Assembly: GCA_965222955.1 (NCBI GenBank) | Contig: OZ244974.1 | Coordinates: 2,077,940-2,141,939 of the forward strand | DNA from: Hyphomicrobiales bacterium | Lineage (GTDB): Bacteria; Pseudomonadota; Alphaproteobacteria; Rhizobiales; CBDCVD01 | DNA: 64,000 nucleotides | Direction: 5' to 3' | In this document: one piece after another, positions 31,801 through 42,850 of the stretch | Layout: the number at the start of each line of letters is the position of its first letter | Position numbering within the stretch: position 1 is the stretch's first letter | Notes under the pieces: model-generated | Seen by the model: only the letters and a program-made list of their open reading frames with translations | Databases searched by the model: none | Told to the model about the DNA's origin: nothing | Made by a program: the position numbers and the translations under genes

Positions 31801-32649
31801 TCAGGCATCACCGGCGTGTTGAAACTGCGTGACTTTCCACTTCCGTAATATCCGATAGGGAGGCATTTGATCATCGGCGCCGCTGTGGGAGCCGCGAAAG
31901 AAAATGCCGAACTGGTCTGTGGCGCGGCAATAAATGCTTCCCGAGAGTTCCTCGGTCGCTGGCGCGCAACGCTCCAGCGCTTGCGTGTGCGAATACAACT
32001 TGTCCAGAGTCTGGCCGATACGCTCACCCTGAACGCCCCTGACACGGGCGCTGGAAGAGATGATGGCGTTCACCCTACCGCCTTTGTAGCGCAGATTCCT
32101 GTACGTGTTCGTTTTCGCCTCGACGCCATCGTGAAGCACCCCATCGGCGCTAAACCGGGCGCGGAAAACTTCTTCATCCCCATCAAGAAAACGCAGTACA
32201 GGAAAGACGCCCGATTCGGTGCTTTGCCAGGCGGAGACCATTTTTAACGGCGCAAACGCCTTTTGCAATGTGTCCCGGTCGCGCCAGCGCGTCCCCAGAA
32301 CAAGCGGCCCGAGGCCTTCGTAGCCAAAGCGATAACGCTCTTCGGGGCGTATCGAAGCGGCGCCCGTAACCAGTGTCGACGTGGCATCTGTCTGCGTAAC
32401 CGGGCCAGCCGCGGCGATTGTGCCGACCTCTTGCGTATCCTGGGCATTCTGCTGCGCCGATCCTGCGGACAGTGCGGCAATATCATCGCTATCGGCCGGT
32501 ATATCCGAAGAGGCGGCGATACGCCCGCCTGGTGCGCCCGTATCAAGGCAGGCAGCGAGCACCATTGAGGCGCTCAATACCACCAGAGCGGGCAGTATCC
32601 TGCTTGTCCAGTTGGCCTTTGTTACGGGCAATAAGGTCTCGGGGGTCAT
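31801..32649 (-). CDS. Hypothetical lipoprotein
   Basis: 282 aa from the ATG at 32649 (the ORF track starts at a TTG at 32670). Hydrophobic leader ends in lipobox LAAC, followed by a low-complexity linker. No family recognised. Confidence 0.55.
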   Translation of the reverse strand: MTPETLLPVTKANWTSRILPALVVLSASMVLAACLDTGAPGGRIAASSDIPADSDDIAALSAGSAQQNAQDTQEVGTIAAAGPVTQTDATSTLVTGAASIRPEERYRFGYEGLGPLVLGTRWRDRDTLQKAFAPLKMVSAWQSTESGVFPVLRFLDGDEEVFRARFSADGVLHDGVEAKTNTYRNLRYKGGRVNAIISSSARVRGVQGERIGQTLDKLYSHTQALERCAPATEELSGSIYCRATDQFGIFFRGSHSGADDQMPPYRILRKWKVTQFQHAGDA

Positions 32650-32731
32650 AACGTAATGTTTTCCTCTCAACTGGCGCTAGAGCGTGCTTGTTTGCCAGTG
32701 GAACGTTATCACAGCTGGTGGTTCCTTGATC

Positions 32732-32776
32732 CCAGCATTTGCAGGCAAGCCTGCGGTCAGGGCGTGCAAATGCTGG
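32732..32776. other. Stem-loop downstream of tuf (12-bp perfect stem)
   Basis: ccagcatttgca...tgcaaatgctgg, 15 nt after the tuf stop. No U-tract, so it may be a terminator, a processing site or part of a repeat. Confidence 0.35.
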
Positions 32777-32791
32777 AATCGAAACACCACA

Positions 32792-33982
32792 TTAATCGAT
32801 GATTGTGGCGACGACGCCGGCGCCCACCGTGCGACCGCCCTCGCGAATGGCAAAACGCAGCTTCTCTTCCATCGCAATCGGCACAATCAGTTCAACCTCC
32901 ATCTCGCAATTATCCCCGGGCATCACCATCTCAACACCCTCGCCAAGACTGACAACCCCCGTCACATCCGTCGTGCGAAAGTAAAACTGCGGACGGTAAT
33001 TCGTGAAAAACGGCGTGTGACGACCCCCCTCGTCCTTCGTTAATATATACGCCTCCGCCTTGAACTTCGTATGCGGCGTCACCGAACCGGGCTTGCACAA
33101 AACCTGGCCGCGCTCAATGCCATCGCGATCAACGCCGCGAAGCAAACAGCCAACATTGTCCCCAGCCTCCCCCTGATCAAGCAGCTTGCGAAACATCTCA
33201 ACACCCGTCACCGTCGTCTTGCCCGTGCCGCGAATGCCCACAATCTCAACTTCCTCGCCAACATTCACGATGCCACGCTCAATACGCCCCGTCGCAACCG
33301 TCCCACGGCCCGATATGGAAAAAACGTCCTCAACCGGCATCAAAAACGGCTGATCCTTCGGACGCTCCGGCTGCGGAATATAGGCATCAACCGCCGCCAT
33401 CAACTCGAGAATCTTCGCCTGGCCGATCTCATCGTCGCGCCCCTCAAGGGCCGCTAGCGCCGAACCCGCAACAATCGGGATGTCGTCACCGGGAAAATCA
33501 TACGACGAAAGAAGCTCGCGCACTTCCATCTCCACAAGCTCCAAAAGCTCCGCATCGTCAACCTGGTCCACCTTGTTCAAAAACACAACAAGCGCAGGAA
33601 CACCAACCTGGCGCGCCAAAAGAATATGTTCGCGCGTCTGCGGCATCGGACCATCCGCCGCCGAAACCACAAGAATTGCACCATCCATCTGTGCCGCACC
33701 GGTGATCATGTTCTTCACATAATCCGCATGGCCCGGGCAGTCCACATGGGCATAGTGGCGGTTCTCCGTCTCGTATTCCACATGGGCCGTCGATATGGTA
33801 ATACCGCGCTCGCGTTCCTCGGGCGCCTTGTCGATATCCTCAAAGGCTGTCGCCGTCGCCCCGCCGCTTAGGGCCAGAACTCGCGTAATCGCCGCCGTCA
33901 GCGTCGTCTTGCCGTGATCAACATGGCCAATCGTGCCGATGTTCACATGCGGCTTGGTGCGTTCAAACTTTTCCTTCGCCAT
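32792..33982 (-). CDS. tuf: Elongation factor Tu
   Basis: 396 aa from [27 protein letters not shown]; the 18-codon upstream ORF extension was discarded. Confidence 0.98.
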   Translation of the reverse strand: MAKEKFERTKPHVNIGTIGHVDHGKTTLTAAITRVLALSGGATATAFEDIDKAPEERERGITISTAHVEYETENRHYAHVDCPGHADYVKNMITGAAQMDGAILVVSAADGPMPQTREHILLARQVGVPALVVFLNKVDQVDDAELLELVEMEVRELLSSYDFPGDDIPIVAGSALAALEGRDDEIGQAKILELMAAVDAYIPQPERPKDQPFLMPVEDVFSISGRGTVATGRIERGIVNVGEEVEIVGIRGTGKTTVTGVEMFRKLLDQGEAGDNVGCLLRGVDRDGIERGQVLCKPGSVTPHTKFKAEAYILTKDEGGRHTPFFTNYRPQFYFRTTDVTGVVSLGEGVEMVMPGDNCEMEVELIVPIAMEEKLRFAIREGGRTVGAGVVATIID

Positions 33983-34276
33983 AAATCGCTCCTCTTGCGA
34001 AATGGATAATACCAGCGCTTTTCGATTTCCGTGCACGCTGGCTACAGGATCGATCGGCCTGGTCCGATCAAATAAACAACTGCCTGCTTTTTCCGCCCAG
34101 GCAAATGCGGCTCCAGCATGGCTTTAAACGATCGTACCTCTACATCGTCTTACATCGCCGCGATGCAAATCAGCGATCACCGGCTCTGCGCCGCTGGCAT
34201 CACTTGTACAAATCGCGCCCTGTACTCCCAAACGCCCCTGAACCCCAAGCCAACCGTACCCTGAATCCAGCGGCAG

Positions 34277-36352
34277 TTACGCAAACTTCGCCTGAATGGC
34301 CTCGGCTTCCGCCTGGGGCACCTGCTGATAATGATCAAACTGCATGGTAAACTGCGCCCGCCCCTGGCTCATGGAACGCAGGGTGGAGACATAACCGAAC
34401 ATATTGGCCAGGGGAACCATGGCATTGACCACCGTAGCCACGCCGCGCGCTTCGGTGCTTTGTATCTGCCCGCGGCGCCCGTTCAGATCGCCGATGATGT
34501 CGCCCATATATTCTTCCGGCGTTACCACCTCGACCTTCATGATCGGCTCAAGCAGTTTCGGTGCCGCCTTGCGCGCGCCCTCGCGAAACGCCGCCCGCGC
34601 CGCAATCTCAAATGCCAGAACACTCGAATCGACGTCGTGATAGGCGCCATCGAGCAAAGTTACCGTGGTATCGACCATGGGAAAGTTGGCAATAACGCCC
34701 GTTGAGAGCACGCTATCGATGCCCTTTTGCACCCCGGGGATATATTCCTTGGGCACATTACCGCCGGTAATGCGGCTTTCGAAGGCGTTGCCGGTGCCCG
34801 TTTCGCTGGGCTCGATAAGCAGTTTTACGCGCGCAAACTGGCCGGCGCCACCGGATTGTTTCTTGTGGGTATAATCGATTTCCTCGGCACGCGAGACGGT
34901 CTCGCGATAGGCCACCTGCGGGTTGCCGATATTGGCCTCCACCTTGAATTCGCGCCGCATACGATCGACGATGATGTCGAGATGCAATTCGCCCATTCCG
35001 GCGATGATGGTCTGCCCGGTCTCCCCATCCGACTTGACGCGAAAACTGGGGTCCTCCTGCGCCAGCCGGTGCAGGGCCTGGCCCATTTTTTCCTGATCCC
35101 CCTTGGTTTTGGGCTCGACGGTAATTTCGATGACCGGATCGGGAAAATCCATCCGCTCCAGTACGACCTGGCTATCCACATCGCAAAGCGTATCGCCGGT
35201 TGTTGTCTCCTTCAGCCCGGCGATAGCGACAATGTCTCCCGCACAGGCTTCGCGAATATCCTCGCGGTGATTGGAATGCATCAGCAACATGCGCCCCACC
35301 CGCTCGCGCCGTCCCTTGACGGAATTGATCACCCCGGAGCCGCTCTCGAGTTTGCCGGAATAAATGCGCGCGAATGTCAGGGAGCCGACAAAACTGTCGT
35401 TCATGACCTTAAAGGCGAGCATGGAAAGCGGTTCGTCATCGCTTGCGCGGCGAACGATTTCGTCGCCGGTTTTAACGTCAAGGCCCTTGACCGCTGGAAT
35501 ATCCACAGGGCTTGGCAGATAATCAACCACAGCATCAAGTAGCGGCTGTACTCCCTTGTTTTTAAAAGCTGTTCCACATAATATCGGCACGAATGTATTG
35601 CTGATCGTGCCCATGCGGATCAACTGCTTGAGCGCGTTCTCACAAGGCTCCTCACCCTCCAGATAGGCCTCCATGGCGCCTTCGTGAACCTCAACCGCCG
35701 CTTCTATCATCACCTCGCGCGCCCTGGCCGCCTCGGCCGCCCTGTCCGCCGGGATTTCCTCCTCGTGAAATGCCGCGCCCAATCCCTCATTATCCCAGAC
35801 AATGGCCTTCATGCGGACCAGATCGATGACACCGGCAAACTTCGATTCCGCACCAATGGGCAATTGAATCACCAACGGGTTGGCGCCGAGACGCGTGCGG
35901 ATCATCTCAACCGATTGATAAAAGTCGGCTCCCAACTTGTCCATTTTATTGACGAAAATCATGCGCGGTACGTTGTATTTATCCGCCTGGCGCCAAACCG
36001 TCTCCGTTTGCGGCTCAACCCCGGCATTGGCATCCAGCAGCGCCACCGCCCCATCAAGCACGCGCAAGGAACGCTCCACCTCAATCGTAAAATCCACGTG
36101 CCCGGGCGTATCGATGATGTTCAGCCGCTTGCCCTTCCAAAAGCACGTCGTCGCCGCCGAGGTAATCGTAATGCCGCGTTCCTGCTCCTGCTCCATCCAG
36201 TCCATGGTGGCGGCGCCATCGTGCACTTCGCCAATCTTGTGGCTCTTGCCGGTGTAATACAGGATCCGCTCGGTCGTCGTCGTCTTGCCGGCATCAATGT
36301 GCGCCATGATGCCGAAATTGCGATAATCCTCGATTTTATATTCTCGCGCCAT
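34277..36352 (-). CDS. fusA: Elongation factor G
   Basis: 691 aa; [24 protein letters not shown]; full EF-G domain order. Confidence 0.98.
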   Translation of the reverse strand: MAREYKIEDYRNFGIMAHIDAGKTTTTERILYYTGKSHKIGEVHDGAATMDWMEQEQERGITITSAATTCFWKGKRLNIIDTPGHVDFTIEVERSLRVLDGAVALLDANAGVEPQTETVWRQADKYNVPRMIFVNKMDKLGADFYQSVEMIRTRLGANPLVIQLPIGAESKFAGVIDLVRMKAIVWDNEGLGAAFHEEEIPADRAAEAARAREVMIEAAVEVHEGAMEAYLEGEEPCENALKQLIRMGTISNTFVPILCGTAFKNKGVQPLLDAVVDYLPSPVDIPAVKGLDVKTGDEIVRRASDDEPLSMLAFKVMNDSFVGSLTFARIYSGKLESGSGVINSVKGRRERVGRMLLMHSNHREDIREACAGDIVAIAGLKETTTGDTLCDVDSQVVLERMDFPDPVIEITVEPKTKGDQEKMGQALHRLAQEDPSFRVKSDGETGQTIIAGMGELHLDIIVDRMRREFKVEANIGNPQVAYRETVSRAEEIDYTHKKQSGGAGQFARVKLLIEPSETGTGNAFESRITGGNVPKEYIPGVQKGIDSVLSTGVIANFPMVDTTVTLLDGAYHDVDSSVLAFEIAARAAFREGARKAAPKLLEPIMKVEVVTPEEYMGDIIGDLNGRRGQIQSTEARGVATVVNAMVPLANMFGYVSTLRSMSQGRAQFTMQFDHYQQVPQAEAEAIQAKFA

Positions 36353-36540
36353 AAATCAACTCTTTTGGTGTCTCAACGGTGTTTCCCAAATGTATCGGTC
36401 GCCGTGCAAAGGCCCCCAACATCCTCATCAAGCGCCCTAGCCCGGTGTTCCAGCGTCAAACGCCCGGCATTATCCCGATTACTGCCGCCCACCATATCCA
36501 CGTCCCATCCTTTGCGCATAACGGCCTGTAACTGCCACCC

Positions 36541-37011
36541 CTACCAGCGATAGTGAGAAAATGCCCGGTTGGCCTCGGCCATACGGTGCGTATCCTCACG
36601 CTTCTTGACCGCGTTACCGCGCTCATTAAACGCATCAAGCAACTCACCCGAGAGGCGCTGCGTCATGGTACGCTCGCTGCGCGCGCGGGCCGCGGCAATC
36701 AGCCAGCGAATGGCCAGCGCCTGCTTGCGCACGCTGCGCACCTCGACGGGAACCTGATAGGTTGCTCCACCCACCCGGCGCGAGCGCACCTCAATGGAGG
36801 GCATGACATTGTCAAGCGCCTGGTGAAACACTTCCACCGGATCCTGCTTTAATTTGCTCTCAACAATATCGAAAGCGCCGTATACGGTACGCTCGGCGAT
36901 CGACTTCTTGCCATGCTTCATCAGGCTGTTCATAAACTTGGAAATCACCTGATCGCCGTATTTCGGATCGGGGATGACATCACGTTTTTCTGCGCTATGG
37001 CGTCTGGACAT
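36541..37011 (-). CDS. rpsG: 30S ribosomal protein S7
   Basis: 156 aa; [19 protein letters not shown]. Confidence 0.97.
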   Translation of the reverse strand: MSRRHSAEKRDVIPDPKYGDQVISKFMNSLMKHGKKSIAERTVYGAFDIVESKLKQDPVEVFHQALDNVMPSIEVRSRRVGGATYQVPVEVRSVRKQALAIRWLIAAARARSERTMTQRLSGELLDAFNERGNAVKKREDTHRMAEANRAFSHYRW

Positions 37012-37058
37012 GGGTCGATTATCCGTTACAAAGCATTCAATATCGTTATTTCGATCGA

Positions 37059-37430
37059 TTATTTGGGCCGCTTGGCGCCGTATTTCGAGCGCCGCTGCCG
37101 GCGGTCCTTGACCCCTTGCGTATCGAGCACGCCGCGCAGGACATGATAGCGAACCCCGGGCAGATCGCGCACGCGCCCGCCGCGGATCAGCACCACAGAG
37201 TGCTCCTGCAGGTTATGCCCCTCGCCGGGGATATAACTGATGACTTCGCGGCCATTGGTCAGCCGCACCTTCGCTACCTTGCGCAACGCCGAGTTGGGTT
37301 TTTTCGGCGTTGTCGTATAGACGCGCGTACAGACCCCCTTTTTTTGAGGATTGGCCTCCATGGCCGGCACTTTTGAGCGCTTGATCTTGGACTGGCGCGG
37401 CTTGCGGATCAACTGGTTGATCGTCGGCAT
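37059..37430 (-). CDS. rpsL: 30S ribosomal protein S12
   Basis: 123 aa; [12 protein letters not shown]...[19 protein letters not shown]. Confidence 0.98.
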   Translation of the reverse strand: MPTINQLIRKPRQSKIKRSKVPAMEANPQKKGVCTRVYTTTPKKPNSALRKVAKVRLTNGREVISYIPGEGHNLQEHSVVLIRGGRVRDLPGVRYHVLRGVLDTQGVKDRRQRRSKYGAKRPK

Positions 37431-37724
37431 CCTGACCTCATCTTAAACTGGTTCGACACGCATTTTAAACCTTGTTTCGACACTCGCAACATCGTCCCCG
37501 GGGCCACACTACCGCCTCTGCGGTTCAATACGTCACGCCCGAACGCCCGGCTGCCAATGCGGGACATTCCCCTGCCCCGCTTGCCTCCCGCTTGAGCGCC
37601 TGCCCCGACACGCCAACTATCCATCGCATGACCGTACGCCCAAACGGCACGCCCGATCATGCTCCGGAAATATTGTATAAGTGTTGCCGGCAGCGTCTAG
37701 AGATTCATAGGTGACCATACATAT

Positions 37725-37776
37725 TGTGCGCGCACATACCCGTAAACGTGTATCTGGCCCGTAAACGTGCATCTGG
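37725..37776. promoter_or_regulatory. 12-bp perfect palindrome plus tandem 19-mer pair in the rpsL / YHS-gene divergent region
   Basis: tgtgcgcgcaca (37725..37736), then cccgtaaacgtgtatctgg | cccgtaaacgtgcatctgg (37739..37776, one mismatch). Confidence 0.4.
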
Positions 37777-38003
37777 CGAACCCACCTGTGTGAGCCCATG
37801 TTGTACGCGCGCATGGCACAGCGAACTCTACGGCCTGGCCGAGAATTGTGTCATGTCCTACAGGCTCTGCTCCAAAGCGTCAAGCGAATTCGCCGCTGCG
37901 GCGTTAATTTTTCGCCAATCAACCACATTTTTGTCTGCATTAAGGGTTTTATGACAGACTCATGGGTTTCCCATGGGTTTAAATCCGATACGAGGTAGAA
38001 ATT

Positions 38004-38534
38004 ATGCCTGTTGATCCAAACCACAACGACAATGCAACTGCAACACCACCGCGCTCGCGGGCGCGCCTGTCTGTGGCGGCCATCGCCGGAGGCGTGGCAG
38101 CGCTGGTCGGCGGCCTGGCGATCAGTCTGTTTTTGCTGACTTCGCCCCTTGCGGCGGGCACCTACTTTGCGCCCGACGGGGTGGCAATCGGCGGTTATGA
38201 TCCGGTCGCCTATTTCACGGCGCGCAAGCCTGTTGCCGGTACGTCACAGTACGCGCACAAATGGCGCGATACGACGTGGCATTTTGCCAATGATGAAAAC
38301 CGCGCCGCATTCGTTGCCAACCCGCAACGTTACGCACCCCGATACGGCGGCTATTGTGCCTATGCGGCGGCGAAAAACTATGTCTATCGCACGGACCCCA
38401 ACGCCTGGTCGATCGTGGACGGCAAACTCTACCTCAACGCCTCCCTGGGCGTTCGCAAAACCTGGAGTGGCGACATTCCCGGCAATATTGCCGCCGCCGA
38501 CAAAAACTGGCCAGAACTGGAAAAAGGGCTGTAG
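38004..38534 (+). CDS. YHS domain-containing protein
   Basis: 176 aa with an N-terminal anchor, then GYDPVAYF...WHFANDENRAAFVANPQRYAPRYGGYCAYA, typical of the YHS-domain family. GAGG precedes the ATG. Confidence 0.75.
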   Translation: MPVDPNHNDNATATPPRSRARLSVAAIAGGVAALVGGLAISLFLLTSPLAAGTYFAPDGVAIGGYDPVAYFTARKPVAGTSQYAHKWRDTTWHFANDENRAAFVANPQRYAPRYGGYCAYAAAKNYVYRTDPNAWSIVDGKLYLNASLGVRKTWSGDIPGNIAAADKNWPELEKGL

Positions 38535-38536
38535 GT

Positions 38537-38681
38537 GGATAACGTCAACAGGTTGTCCTCAAAAAAGCAATGATCAGGTAAATGACCCGGTATGGCCTTG
38601 CGGCTCGCCATCTGCGGCAAGGGCCGCAAGAGGGATAACGTCAGATTTGCCCGTTTTGGGAACAACCTGCTGAAAGGTCAC
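38537..38681. mobile_element. E-type element, full-length reference copy
   Basis: caacaggttgtcc...ggcccggtatggccttgcggctcgccatctgcggcaagggccgcaagag...gggaacaacctgctgaaaggtcac. Confidence 0.8.
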
Positions 38682-38711
38682 ATCCAGGCGCACGCGTTCG
38701 CCGCAAGCGGC

Positions 38712-39719
38712 CTATAAACGGCGAATACGCGGATTGATCAGGCCATACAACACGTCCACCGCCAGATTGACGGTCATGACCATGACGGCAATCAGCAACA
38801 GTCCGCCCTGTACGACCTGGTAGTCGCGCCGCGAGATCGAATCGACCATCCATTTGCCGATACCCGGCCAGGCAAAGATCGTCTCCGTCAGGATCGCCCC
38901 GGCCAGCAGCGTGCCAACCGAAAGACCGATTACGGTCACAACGGGAATGAGGGCGTTACGCAGCGCGTGCAGGCCGTTGACGCGCCATGCCGACAGACCC
39001 TTGGCGCGCGCGGTGCGCACATAGTCTTCGCTCAACACCTCAAGCATGGCCGAGCGGGTCTGCCGGGCGATCACCGCCAGGGGAATGGTGCCCAAAACGA
39101 TCGTCGGCAGAACCAGGTGCCGCACGGCCGAGGAAAAGGCCCCCTTTTGCCCCGAGAACAGACTGTCGATCAGCATGAACCCGGTAGGGCCATCAAAAAA
39201 GTACAGGAGCGAAATCCGTCCCGAAACCGGCGTTAAACCAAGAACGCCGGAAAAGACGATGATCAACAGCAGGGCCCACCAGAAAATCGGCATGGAGTAT
39301 CCCACAAGCGCCGTCGACATGAGCGCCTGGTCGAATATCTTGCCGCGGTTGACGGCGGCGATCACGCCTGCCGGCAGACCGATCACAGTGGCGAATACGA
39401 TGGCGCACAGGGATAACTCAAGGGTCGCTGGAAAAAGGGCGAAGAACTCATCCCAGACGGGCCGTTTGGTGACAAACGATGAACCCAGATCGCCGCGCAG
39501 AATACCACCGATATATTCAAGATACTGCCACCACATGGGCTGATCAAAGCCGAATTTGGCCATCAGTTCCGCGTAGCGTTCATCACTCATACCGCGCTCG
39601 CCCGCCATCACCAGAATGGGATCCCCCGGCAGCAGGCGAATGAACGAAAACGCAATAAGCGTCACGCCAAAAAACGTCGGGATAAAAGTCAAAAGCCGTC
39701 GTAGGGTGAACCACAGCAT
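38712..39719 (-). CDS. Peptide/nickel-type ABC transporter permease (DppB/OppB-like)
   Basis: 335 aa; MLWFTLRRLL start and EAA-loop region (YVRTARAKGLS) of the binding-protein-dependent transport family. Confidence 0.9.
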   Translation of the reverse strand: MLWFTLRRLLTFIPTFFGVTLIAFSFIRLLPGDPILVMAGERGMSDERYAELMAKFGFDQPMWWQYLEYIGGILRGDLGSSFVTKRPVWDEFFALFPATLELSLCAIVFATVIGLPAGVIAAVNRGKIFDQALMSTALVGYSMPIFWWALLLIIVFSGVLGLTPVSGRISLLYFFDGPTGFMLIDSLFSGQKGAFSSAVRHLVLPTIVLGTIPLAVIARQTRSAMLEVLSEDYVRTARAKGLSAWRVNGLHALRNALIPVVTVIGLSVGTLLAGAILTETIFAWPGIGKWMVDSISRRDYQVVQGGLLLIAVMVMTVNLAVDVLYGLINPRIRRL

Positions 39720-39757
39720 GGGTGTCTCGCTAACGGTCGATCATAAGCCTGCCCGCA

Positions 39758-39931
39758 TTAGAGCGTGTCAGGTCTTAAGTGAAGCAATTTTCGTTTCCCG
39801 ATTGGCGAGGCGATACCCAGGCTCAAGGCGTTCGAAGAGCGATGGCGACCCATCTCTCGAGAGCGGCCTGGGCGTGGGCGCCCGCCAATCGGGAAACAGA
39901 ATTGCTTCACTTAAGAACTTAAAGGCTCTAG
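39758..39931. mobile_element. A-type palindromic element, 174-bp form, between the M24 peptidase gene and dppB-like gene
   Basis: ttagagcgtgtcaggtcttaagtgaagcaatt...aattgcttcacttaagaacttaaaggctctag. The right terminus overlaps the TAG stop of the peptidase gene. Confidence 0.85.
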
Positions 39932-41079
39932 CCAACAAACATAATCTCGCGCGTAAAGTCCGTTAATGCGGTTGCCCCCTCGGGCGTGATCAGCACATCG
40001 TCCTCGATACGCACACCGAACCCCCCCAGTTTATACAGCCCCGGCTCAATGGTAAAGACCATCCCCGCTTCCAGGGGTGTATGATTGCCGCGCATGATGT
40101 AAGGCTCCTCGTGCACCTCACGCCCCAGACCGTGACCGGTCCTGGTGCGCATATAAGAAGCAAACGGCGAGCGCTCCAGAACAGCACTGACCGCATCATC
40201 AAGATCATGGGCGCTCACCCCCGCCGCCGCCAGATCGCGTCCGCACCGGTTGGCGCGCAGAACCGTATCGTAAAAGGCGCGTTGTTCATCGCCGCATGTG
40301 CGCACGAACACCGTGCGCGTGATGTCGGCGCACACCCCGTCATGACTCACGCCGAAGTCCAGCAACAGGGCATCCCCCGGGCGAACGGCGTAATCGGGAC
40401 GGGCGGAGGCATGAGGACGAGCAGAATTGTCGCCAGCGGCCACAATGGGCGAAAAGGCGAAATCCTGGGCCCCATGGGCGAACAGGCTTTGCTTGAGCAG
40501 CGCCTCAATCTCGGTCTCAAACATCCCGACACACACGCCCGCCAGGGTATCGGCAAGGGCGCCCTGGCAAATGCCGATGGCGCGTTCCATGGCGGCGATC
40601 TCGCCGGCACTCTTGCGCAGACGCGGGCCAGATATGGCCCTTTGGGCATCGACAAGCTCCAGATCGTCAAAGGCGCGCGCCAGGGCATGGTGCACAAACA
40701 CCCGCATCTGCTGCCCCTCAACGCCCAGACGGCGCATGGGCCGATGCGCTGCAAGGGCGGCAAAAGCACCATCATAGCCGTCCTGATCGCGCCAGTCGAA
40801 AACCGCGCCCTCGAAACCCAAAAGGGCAAACGAGGCCAGTTCCAGATTGGGCACCACCGCCGCCGGCAGCCCCTCAACGGGGATAACAATCACCAAAGGC
40901 CGTTCGTTTTGCAAAAACGTCTTGCCGTAAAGGCGGGCAAAATTCGCCCCCGGCACCAGCGCCACGCCATCCAGGGCCTGATCGCGGGCAATGCGGCGAA
41001 ATACATCATAACGATCCGAACGCCCGGGGCGCTCAGGATGTATTGGCGCATCGCTCTGATGAGAACCCGCCGCAGCCAT
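39928..41079 (-). CDS. M24 family metallopeptidase (Xaa-Pro peptidase-like)
   Basis: 383 aa; metal-ligand context (LLLDFG, DITRT, HGLGREVHEEP, FTIEPGLY, GVRIEDDVLIT). Confidence 0.88.
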   Translation of the reverse strand: MAAAGSHQSDAPIHPERPGRSDRYDVFRRIARDQALDGVALVPGANFARLYGKTFLQNERPLVIVIPVEGLPAAVVPNLELASFALLGFEGAVFDWRDQDGYDGAFAALAAHRPMRRLGVEGQQMRVFVHHALARAFDDLELVDAQRAISGPRLRKSAGEIAAMERAIGICQGALADTLAGVCVGMFETEIEALLKQSLFAHGAQDFAFSPIVAAGDNSARPHASARPDYAVRPGDALLLDFGVSHDGVCADITRTVFVRTCGDEQRAFYDTVLRANRCGRDLAAAGVSAHDLDDAVSAVLERSPFASYMRTRTGHGLGREVHEEPYIMRGNHTPLEAGMVFTIEPGLYKLGGFGVRIEDDVLITPEGATALTDFTREIMFVG

Positions 41080-41117
41080 AAAGCGTACCCCCTGCCCTTG
41101 CGCGCAAGCGTTTGGCC

Positions 41118-41179
41118 GCTAGAGCGTGTCAGTTTTTAACTGAAGCAATTCTGTTTCTGTTAAGACCTGACACGCTCCA
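41118..41179. mobile_element. A-type element, minimal 62-bp form
   Basis: ctagagcgtgtcagtttttaactgaagcaattctgtttctgttaagacctgacacgctccag. Confidence 0.8.
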
Positions 41180-41257
41180 GGGAGCAGGCGAGGCAAGTAC
41201 TGTAACCAACGCCCGCGCCCGGTCCTATACAGCGACTGTCGCAACCATCCTGTTCGC

Positions 41258-42850
41258 TTATTCGGCCAGATCGACGCCATAGAAAATATGGCCGCCGAAC
41301 GGATCGATTTTGAAGTTCTTCACTTCCTTGCGAAGGGGCTTATAGACGACCGAATGGGCAATCGTCGCCCAGGGCGCCTGTTCCTTGAAGAGTTGCTGGG
41401 CCAGTTTGTAAAGGGCGATGCGCTCGTTGCGATCCGATACCGTCTTGGCGCGTTTAACGATATAGTCAAAGGGCGCGTAGCACCATTGCGCCCGGTTGGA
41501 GTTCTCGATACCATCGCAGCCGAGCAGGACAGCAAGGAAGTTATCGGGATCGCCATTATCGCCGGTCCAGCCGAGCAGAATGGCGCCATCGCGTTTGAGT
41601 TCGCGCGAGCGTTTCAGATACTCGCCCCATTCGTACGAGACAATTTCCACCTCGACACCGACCTTGGCGAAATCCGCCTGAATAAGCTCGGCCATGCGCC
41701 GCGCATTGGGGTTATAGGGGCGCTGCACGGGCATCGCCCAGATTTTCATCTTCAAGTCCTTTATTCCCTCGAGCGCGAGCAGGGCCTTGCTCTTGTCCGG
41801 ATCATAGGGATCATCGACAATACTGTCGTCATACGACCAGATGGTAGGCGGGATGGGGTTTTTGGCAATCTTGCCGGATCCCTGAAACACTGCATCAAGG
41901 ATCGCCTGTTTGTTGATCGCCATGTTAAGGGCCTTGCGCACATTGACATTGTCAAACGGCGGCACCTGGGTGTTATACGCCAGATAGCCCACATTCAGTC
42001 CTTCCTGGTTGATCAGGTTCACATCCGGATCCTCCCCCATGGCTTTCAGATCGGCCGGGTTCGGATAGGGCATGATGTGACACTCGCCAGCTTTCAATTT
42101 TTGATAGCGCACCGAGGCGTCCGGGGTAATGGCGAAGACGAGATTGTCGATGGGCGTTGCGCCGTCCCAATACCCGTCATGGGCGGCGTATCGGATGACG
42201 GCGTCTTTTTGATAACCGACGAATTTGAACGGGCCTGTGCCGACGGGTTTTTGATTGACCATTTCCGGCGTACCGGCGGCCAGCATTTTGTCGGCGTATT
42301 CCTTGGAGACAATGGAGGCGAAATCCATCCCCAGATTGGCGATCATGGGCGCTTCGGGGCGGTTCAAGACAAAAGTGACCTTGTAATCGCCATCGCGCCG
42401 CAGGGATTTGAGCAGATCGGGCATGGACATGCCGCCGAAATACTCCCACGTCCCGCCGGAGACCTTATGGTATGGATTGTCGGCTTTCCACTGGCGCTGG
42501 AACGAAAAGATGACATCATCGGCATTAAAATCGCGGCCGGGGGTAAAATAATCCGTGCTGTGGAATTTTACACCGCGGCGCAAGTTGAATGTGTATTCCA
42601 GACCATCATCGGAGACGCTCCAGCTTTCCGCCAGTGCCGGTCTGATGCTGGTCGTGCCCGGCTCGAACTCAACCAACCTGTTATAAATATTTTTTGATGA
42701 TGCATCGAAAGTGGTTCCCGCCGTATAGAGGGCCGGATCAAAGCCCTCGGGCGAGCCTTCCGAGCAATACGCGAGGGTCTTGGCCTGGGCGGCCAGAGGC
42801 AATGTGGCCGCGGTACAAACGGCGGCCAGAAATAACGGTATACGTTTCAT
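41258..42850 (-). CDS. ABC transporter substrate-binding protein, family 5 (DppA-like)
   Basis: 530 aa from the ATG at MKRIPLFLAAVCTAATLPLAAQA (signal peptide); SBP_bac_5-like sequence throughout. Confidence 0.9.
   Translation of the reverse strand: MKRIPLFLAAVCTAATLPLAAQAKTLAYCSEGSPEGFDPALYTAGTTFDASSKNIYNRLVEFEPGTTSIRPALAESWSVSDDGLEYTFNLRRGVKFHSTDYFTPGRDFNADDVIFSFQRQWKADNPYHKVSGGTWEYFGGMSMPDLLKSLRRDGDYKVTFVLNRPEAPMIANLGMDFASIVSKEYADKMLAAGTPEMVNQKPVGTGPFKFVGYQKDAVIRYAAHDGYWDGATPIDNLVFAITPDASVRYQKLKAGECHIMPYPNPADLKAMGEDPDVNLINQEGLNVGYLAYNTQVPPFDNVNVRKALNMAINKQAILDAVFQGSGKIAKNPIPPTIWSYDDSIVDDPYDPDKSKALLALEGIKDLKMKIWAMPVQRPYNPNARRMAELIQADFAKVGVEVEIVSYEWGEYLKRSRELKRDGAILLGWTGDNGDPDNFLAVLLGCDGIENSNRAQWCYAPFDYIVKRAKTVSDRNERIALYKLAQQLFKEQAPWATIAHSVVYKPLRKEVKNFKIDPFGGHIFYGVDLAE

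Noticed and set aside
38004-38534. Selenocysteine in the YHS-domain protein, since some family members are selenoproteins
   Set aside because: The relevant position (GGYCAYA) is an ordinary Cys codon, and there is no in-frame TGA.
39616-39966. ORFs reading through A-type elements, shared peptide ACQVL.EAI.VSRLARRYPGSRRSKSDGDPS (also in 54978..55274), as a possible element-encoded protein
   Set aside because: The open frames are short, lack a credible start or RBS, and merely reflect the absence of stops in one frame of a palindrome. The similarity arises at the DNA repeat level.
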